From Antedon mediterranea (Eukaryota > Animalia > Echinodermata), in assembly GCF_964355755.1 (NCBI RefSeq), contig NC_092678.1:2558422-2622421 (forward strand): a stretch of DNA of 64,000 nucleotides. The letters run 5' to 3'. The notes under the pieces are model-generated. The model ran no database searches. It was not told the DNA's origin and was given only the letters and a program-made list of their open reading frames with translations. Made by a program: the position numbers and the translations under genes. Position 1 is the stretch's first letter; each line of letters begins with the position of its first letter. Shown here one piece after another: positions 28,501 to 37,500 of this stretch.

Positions 28501-31500
28501 CCTTTTTCTGAGGCTTAATGAACGTTGTTCAGTCAATCAGATCTCAAGATAAACTGACGAAATTTAGGATAAAACTGTCACAACTGGACACAAACATAGC
28601 CCCACAGAACTTAGGAACTTCCTGTTTGTGTGTTAATTGGTCACCATAGTCCATTTCAACTTTTGCCATGGACAAACACTGATTGATTTAATGTTACTGA
28701 TAATTAAGAAAACAGTCCGAACACTTTACTTTAATGAAAATATTACTTCGCAGGTTCCATACTTTGAACTTAACAATTAAATTGCAGTCATTTGGGTACT
28801 GTTAATGATTAAAACACACATATTCTTTTAAATCGTGATTCAGTCAATTATAGTTTTTAAAAGGAGCTTACACCTGTCCCTCTGTGTAAATACCAAAGTC
28901 ACCTCATGGTTACTCTAAATATTGATTTGTAGTGTAATAATCTTTATCATTTCACTACATGTCTATTTGTTTGGAAAAAAAACAACCTAATTATCAAGGA
29001 TATCTGTTAGTTTATACCTAATATAGTTTACTATACTTGTTTTTTTATGCCATCATTCTTTTGCTTACATACATTTTCAAGATCCAACAATAGTTGTTTC
29101 GTTTCTTCTTCAATCTTAGAAACAATAGTTTCTTTATGCATGTTAATAACATCTCTGATCATCTTTACATGTGATTCAAAGTCTGCTTTGTCGTCCATTA
29201 TAGAATGAAATGTATTCTCTAATTCTTGCTTGACATCATCAGCTGACCTGATCACTTCTGTTACTTGTTTGTTGAATGCATCTATAGCATCACTCATTTC
29301 TATGATGTCATGATAATCTTTATAACAACTCATAAGACATTTCTTACATACTCTTTTTGTACAAGTTGTACAAAATCTTTCTACTCTGTTGTCTGGATGA
29401 GCTTCACATCCCCTACCTTGTACTAAGTTTTGACTTGACATCTGTAACATTACAACAGGATGCAAACAATTAATTTTCTGTTATGAAGTTAAATAACATT
29501 TATGGTTTCTGGCTTCAACTAATTTATATAATTACATTTTTAACTGTAATACTTAGCATACAACATACAGTACCTTGTTTTAAATGTAATTACTGCTGAA
29601 GCTTTAATACAATTTAAATCTTACCTTCACAGACAAAATATGTTAGCAATGTTGGGTGTGAAATGCATATTTTGATATGGTATTCTAACTTCTTTTCAAA
29701 GTCTATACAAAATACCGATTTCTCATCCGTTAAGTTTGAACTTGGACATAATAGATGAATATATTGTTGAAACAGTTATTACATATGACAAATGAAATAA
29801 TTGAGGAAATAATAATTCAAATATATATATTTAGTCTTATGATTATTAGTATTATTGTGCTGTTGAATAAAAATGAGACATTAAAGTTCAGCAATTGTTG
29901 CATTCTTCTTTTCTAATTTTATATGTTGCGAAATGTCTTATGAATTCATTAATCAAAAATTTAAATCACAGGAACACTAAATTTATTTCAATTCAATATT
30001 TAACAGTTAATTATAAACAAAACAATCAGATTTATACTTTTTTAATTATTTTTTTCATGCATTTTTGTAATCCTAATAAAATAATTTTAAAGATGTATAT
30101 TGTCCCCAAAAACATGGAAAATAAACATTAATTAAATCAGACTTTGAATGTGTTATTTTGTAGTTTTGATAAATTAGTCACTTCCTTAGAAAAAAAAACG
30201 AAATGTCAAAATAAATGGTTAAATTCAACCCATTGACTGGCAGCCAATTTGACCATTTTTTACTTTAAATTACAGTTTTTTTTTCAGGTAAATACATTTT
30301 TTTGGATCCAATTTTTTGTTAAAGTGGATAACTATTATGTTACATAAAAATGTTATATTCAACAAAAATGTTGTTAAGAATTTTTTTCAGGTGGACAATA
30401 CATCTTTAAACAAACTGTATTAATTTAAATAACACAAATCATATAACATGCAGTAGGGTAACAGTAATTTCTGATTGGTCAATAAACATTATAACATCAC
30501 TGGCGTTAATGATACGACTTTTTATTTCTTAGGTATCCGTGACTGGAACAGGCTCCCCAATTCACTCAAATCAATACAAAATAATGCAACCTTCAAAATA
30601 AAACTTAAAGAATATTTTAATAATGAACAGCTTGGAATTTCAGTTTAATTAAGTTATTTTTAATATTGTTTTTTGATGTTATCTTGTCTTGTATGTATTT
30701 TCTTGTTTTTTCATTTTTACTGAGTCATACTTAATGATAATTGTACTAGGCCCAACCACTCACTTTTCAGTCATTACGGATTGGACCCCATTGGAAATAA
30801 GTTTACTTTTTTGTCGACTTAATGGGTTATTCTCTTTTATACATTGTATATTTTAACTTTTATGTATGAATATCGAATAAAATCAATCAATCAATCACTG
30901 CCTCCCAGCACCACACCGCATCCATCATTTATATATCTATATAGCCAGATATATTTGAGTTAATTATGACTGCTCTTTGAGGTTTGTTTTTGTATCATAA
31001 AAGGCCTGAACATTTTATAAATATTTTCAGATTCCAAAGCTATTGCTGTTGTTGCCTTTGGATATTCAAAATATGAAATTACATTAAATATTAAAAGATT
31101 TGAGGGTATAAATATAATAAATTATAAAAGATATACACTAAGAAAAAAGAACACCATTAAAACTATACAATTAAATAACTAACGTTATTATGATGGAACT
31201 CTGCATGTATGTTGAATACTTTTGCCACAAAATAAGTACTGTCCCTATAATACTGAATCAGAGCCATATATATAAAGAGTTACAACATTGAAAATTAGAA
31301 GCCATTTTTGTGTCAAAGAATTCGCACGCTGAGGGCGCGCGCGTCTCTTTTGTATAGCGTTTTCCTGTAGTTCCATGCATTATTTTTAGATTTTGTTGTT
31401 AATGAAATAACGCTTAGATTCCGTTTTTATTTTAGTAAATAAAGTTATTAATGGTATTAATTTGGTAACATATATATATTGTGTCTATAATAACAAAAGA

Positions 31501-34500
31501 ATAAATGCTAGGGCCTACATGCAAGTCAGGATACATCAAAGCATGAACCAATACAAAAAACACACAAATTCACCCCTCTTTTTATACAGTATATGGCTCT
31601 CTGTGTGTTTTTGACACAAACTTTCAGAGACTCGTTCATCATTTCATTTGTAATAATTTGCCTTTATTATTTTAATATTGTTCATACCTATTCAATATAT
31701 TAACAAATATATCCACGACACTTTATTATTTTATTTAGTCATCAAAGCATGCATTATGAATTGAAAATATTACATAATTGTTATTAATGGGACGTAGTTA
31801 TGGGATGTTTTGTTCCAAAATCAATCAATCGAACGTTATAATGTACTAGCGTACGCGCGCGCAATATTCTTTGGCGCAAGTGGTTCTGTACGCTGTGCAC
31901 GTCGATATTCCACCGTAAAATGTGCAATTACATTTTTTTTAATATAAGAAAAAGTTTAAAGTAATTTCTTGCTCCTATACTTTACATGCATTAACGGAGA
32001 CAAGTTTGACACATTTTGATCTGCATATCACGTGACTATAATCCAATGTCGTAACTCTTTATATATATGGCTCTGTACTGAATTATCATATACTGCCCTC
32101 TCCTGTTCAATAAGATATGAATAAAAGGACACAACATGCTCTTGTATAGTCTGATTATAATTGTGTATCCACAAAACACGTCCACACTCAATACATGACT
32201 TAGATAGAAACTACCACGCTGCTGTATAGTCTGATTGTCAAGTGTCCACAAAACACGTCCACACACAATACATGACTTAGAAACTACCACACTGTTGTAT
32301 AGTCTGATTGTCAAGTGTCCACAAAACACGTCCACACACAATACATAACTTAGAAACTACCACGCTGTTGTATAGTCTGTTTAATATTGTGTGTTTACAA
32401 AACATGTCCACACACAATACATGACTTAGAAACTAACACGCTGTTGTATAGTCTGTTTAATATTGTGTGTTTACAAAACATGTCCACACACAATACATGA
32501 CTTAGAAACTAACACGCTGTTGTATAGTCTGATTGTCAAGTGTCCACAAAACATGTCCACACACAATACATGACTTAGAAACTACCACACTGTTGTATAG
32601 TCTGATTGTCAAGTGTCCACAAAACATGTCCACACACAATACATAACTTAGAAACTACCACGCTGTTGTATAGTCTGTTTAATATTGTGTGTTTACAAAA
32701 CACGTCCACACACAATACATGACATAGAAACTAACACGCTGTTGTATAGTCTGATTGTTAAGTGTCCACAAAACACGTCCACACACAATACATGACTTAG
32801 AAACTAACACGCTGTTGTATAGTCTGATTGTTAAGTGTCCACAAAACACGTCCACACACAATACATGACTTAGAAACTAACACGCTGTTGTATAGTCTGA
32901 TTGTTAAGTGTCCACAAAACACGTCCACACACAATACATGACTTAGAAACTAACACGCTGTTGTATAGTCTGATTGTTAAGTGTCCACAAAACACGTCCA
33001 CACACAATAATAAGCAGCACATGAAATAACATTCTAAACAATGGTTATTTTGAGGTCATTTAATGTTGACTTTGCTATGACTTGATTACAATACAATACA
33101 AATCGTTTGAAAATGTTACGAGGAATACAGTAGTATGAATAAAATAGAATAGACACCTCCCTTGAATAAAGGCCCCCAAAAGACCCACCTGAACAATAAG
33201 CGTTTATTCGGTTTAAATACAGTATAGATATTGTAGTGTTCAAATAAATACAGTATAGATATAATATTGTAGTGTTCAAATAAAGTTATCATATATATGA
33301 AAGGTGAATAATTAATTATTATATTCAAATAAAGTAAAGTTAGATATATAATATTTGAATATTAAATAATATTGAGCATGTGAATTTTAATTAGGTATGA
33401 AATTTACATAAATATAACATTAATTCTCAAACATAATATAACTACAGTACAGCATGTGATTATTATTTAATTAATAAAATTTACATATAATTTATATGAA
33501 AATAGAGATTCATTAATATACAAAAGTAATTTAAATTAAATGAATATTCATCTATGAAGTTTGCATGCTTATAACTACAGTATTACATACTTCCATAAAT
33601 ACATACTATCAACAAGTAACTTAATAAAGAAATAAAAACCGTACCGTACATAATATTTTTATAAAAAAAATGATAGTGATTTGTGTAGACAATTTTAGTA
33701 ATTAAATATTTTAACATTGTTAACATCGAAATCAGCTACTGCTATCGTTTGTGGTCTGTTAGAAATTACAGAGATTCCAATAGGATATTTTAGTCCATCA
33801 TCAGCAGTATCTATTCGTTTTAGGAAAACACCATTTTTGTCAAATAATTGTAGTTTTTTCCCACTGGATACTATAATGTTTTTATTCATGTCTGTTACTA
33901 TAGCATGAGGATACTTAACTTTCCCATCTTCTTCACCTTCATTTACAAGTGTTTCAAAGATACCATTTTCATTTAATATTTGTATTCTATGTTTATTACG
34001 ATCATTAACAATTACACGACCTTTCCCTGATAAAGAGACAGCACTTCTGGATTTCTTTTCACCTGTACTCTGTAAGACAATCTTATCCAACAGCATACCA
34101 TCCAAAATGTCAAACTTCCAAACACAATGAGCAGTACCATCTGCAACATACAGAACTTGTGTTTCATTGTTTACCGTCAACCCCAGTGGCCATTTTAATA
34201 TTCCTTTACCAAATTGAGTGCACTCTTCCAATTTATCATTAAGCATTACAACAATAAGTCTTCCTACATCACTATACACAATGTGACCATTACCCATGTT
34301 ATGCATTCTACTGACCTCAGCATTTCGTGCCAATTGAATGTTGGCAACAAATTCACCTGATTTGGTAAATTTCATCAACTCATTACAATAGTTTGATAGT
34401 AATAAACAACCATTGGAGTCCAATACAACATCTGATACTGCAAATCTTCTTCTATACACTGCTATGCCAATGGTATGTACAAGTCCTAGAGGTTCCACTT

Positions 34501-37500
34501 TGATCTTCACTGGTGAACCTTTAAAGTGTGTTACTCCAGCAGTGATCTCCATCTTCCAATCCCCTTCCTTATCACATCTTCCTTTTATTCTATACTTTCT
34601 ACTTCCCATGTCTTCTACCTCAGTGGCAGTTTTTTTACCTGATGGAGTTATCAGAGTAGCAGCTACTTTACATGTATCACTTTTATCCAGACTTTTTGCT
34701 TTCACTTCAAATGTTTGTCCCTTTGATACTGTAATGAATCTATCATCTTCATCAATGATGAACCTACTATCAACACTTGTGATTTCACCAAGGCCTTTTG
34801 TTAGAGCATCATCCAGGTCTGTATTAAATGTGACGTTTGGTTTGAGATTTTTTGCAAAAGATGAATATCTGGAATTCATTTCCTTGGTATTTGTTTTAGC
34901 CCCATTGATATCTGACTTGAAATCATCAAGTGTTTTTGTCTTTTCTGGTTGGTCCATCGTTTCTGAACTTGACCTCTTTAGACTTTGCACTTCCATTTGG
35001 TGTGATTCTAGCTCTTTCACTTGACTTTCAATGCCATCATTCTTTTGCTTACATACATTTTCAAGATCCAACAAGAGTTTTTTGCTTTCTTCTTCAACTT
35101 TAGAAATAATAGTTTCTTTATGTGTTTTAATAATGTCTCGGATCATGCTTACATGTGATTCAAAGTCTGCTTTGTCGTCCATTATAGAATGAAAAGTATT
35201 TTCTAATTCTTGTTTGACATCTTCAGCTGACGTGATCACTTGAGCTACCTGTTTGTTAAATGCATCTATAGCATCACTCATTGCTATTATGTTATGGTGA
35301 TCTTTATAACAACTCATAACATTTTTCTTGCATACAATTTTAGTACAAGTTGTACAAAACCTGTCTGCTTCAGTTACTTGTTTTTTTGATATATCAGTGT
35401 CCCGCACTTGTGTAGTAGTATGTTGTGCTCTAAGACAAGTCATAAAACATATTGTACATAAGGTTTTGTTACAAGTTGTACAAAATCTTTCTGCTTTGTT
35501 GTCAGGATGGTCTTTGCATCTAGTAGCTTGCACTTTTTTACTTGATGATCTGTAAATTACAAATTGATTCAAACATGTCATGTGTAGTTAGTTTATAATT
35601 GACAGTCTTTGGTTTTCAATCTTAGGTATAAATTGTTTAATGTTTTACACATTAACTTAGTTAGATGATTGCCTAATTGTTTCTGCATATTTCCTGGCAT
35701 ATTTTTCTTTTAATACTTTGTTACTATTTCAATTTAAAATTTGAAATCATTGCATTTAATTTTATGTTCAAAATATATAATTTAACTTATTAATAATTAA
35801 AAAACAAATTGTAGTTATAAGTTTGGACAAGATTAGATAACTATACTGTACTAGGTTATGTTTAATACTAACCTTGATTTGGTCCTCATAATAGTCCTAC
35901 CGTTATGATTATGTTGGGACAGCTGACAATGTATACATTTATAGGGTAATAGGGTACAGAGTGCAATATTTTATGTTCATAATTTTGACAAACAAATGTT
36001 GTCAAAACAAATAGCAATCAAACAGCATTTATGATTTGAGTTATAACTTTGTGTACTAATATTCCAAGTTGATACTTCCCCACCAACACTTACAATCAAG
36101 GGTGAACTCTAAATGAACTCTAAAATCTTTTTATTGCTGTTTTATTATCTTATTAACTTATTACAACTTCATATGTTTATTCACATACTGAAAAAACTTA
36201 TTTTTATTGTTTAGCAAACTTATTTTGATGATTAATGACCCCTTAATGACCCCTTAATGACCCTTAATGACCCCTTAATGACCCCTTAATGACCCTGTCA
36301 ATGTGCAATTAAAATTTGAAAAAAAGAACAATGTATAAAGTTCATATAATTGCATCACTGTAAAAGTAATACCAACATTTTTATATTATATTTTTAAGGT
36401 TATTAACTAATTAATTAATTTTGAATTTTAAACTTGACAATTTTAAAAAGTTCCATTTACAAAGACAAAATTATGCATTTTTTAAAATACTAAATAGGTA
36501 TGCCTATTATACTGGTTGGAACTTCACTTGGAATTGCTTATGATGGCTATGGGACAGCTGAATAGTAAGTATACACAATAAGGTATACAATAATGCATGC
36601 ATCCAAAAACTATGAAACAGATTAAATTATTGAAATTAAATATATACCGTATTTATTTGAATAAATGCCCCGGGTGTTTTTTTTGTTAAAGGTGGTTTAT
36701 TGAAGGGCCATATATTTGGGGAGGCATTTAATTTTTTGAATGTATGGTAAGACGTATAATGAAACATATACCCTAATATTAAAAAAAACAAGAAATGCTT
36801 GGTAAATTGTAGATCATGTCAATCAATGAATTCTACTACAAGTAGAAATTATTTGTTGTAAAATAACTTGTGTAACTTGTGTATATGCAAGTGGCAGGGC
36901 ATTTGTTTGAGGAAAAAATTAAATTCCATGGGACGTTTATTCGAGTAGGGCGGAATTTATTATAATGTTCTGTGGGGAGAATTTTGAAGGGGCCTTTATT
37001 CAAAGCTGGCAATTTATTTGAATAAATACTGTAACTTTCTTAATTCATATTGTATTTTCTATTATGGTTTTCTAATAACTTGTGTTAAAATTACTAGAAT
37101 TTGGGATGTGTCCAATCTGTGGGTAATAAAGATGGAAGTTTGCAACTTCATAGTCAGGTCGACCTTGAATAGTTATGGCTAAGGTTAACTATTGAATTAA
37201 TGTACATAATGTTGTTATTGATACTTTAATTTTTTTTTACTTTTACTTTTTAGTTGCTGGTTATCAACAGACATACGCTGGTTTTTCGTCGGGCCTGTAT
37301 TGGTTGTGATTGTAGTAAGTGATACACGAGGGAGTGTATTAATTTAATAAGATTCATATTGCATGTGTACAGTGCAATTGACAACTACTCTAGCTGTACT
37401 ATCACAATGATGACAACTACTCTAGCTGTACTATCACAATGATGACAACTACTCTAGCTGTACTATCACAATGATACATGTATCATTTTGGCTGACCAAA

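Noticed and set aside
28000-28950. Possible LTR-retrotransposon remnant between TRIM copies C and D
   Set aside because: No paired LTRs, primer-binding site or recognisable gag/pol motifs seen.
32140-33008. CRISPR-like regular repeat array
   Set aside because: No unique spacers, eukaryotic context, no cas genes; it is a minisatellite, and the ORFs over it are artefacts.
20133-35024. Long plus-strand ORFs 20133-20834, 25296-25814, 25824-26555 and 34413-35024
   Set aside because: Antisense shadows of the TRIM coding exons; they recur only because the paralogues are similar and have no independent features.
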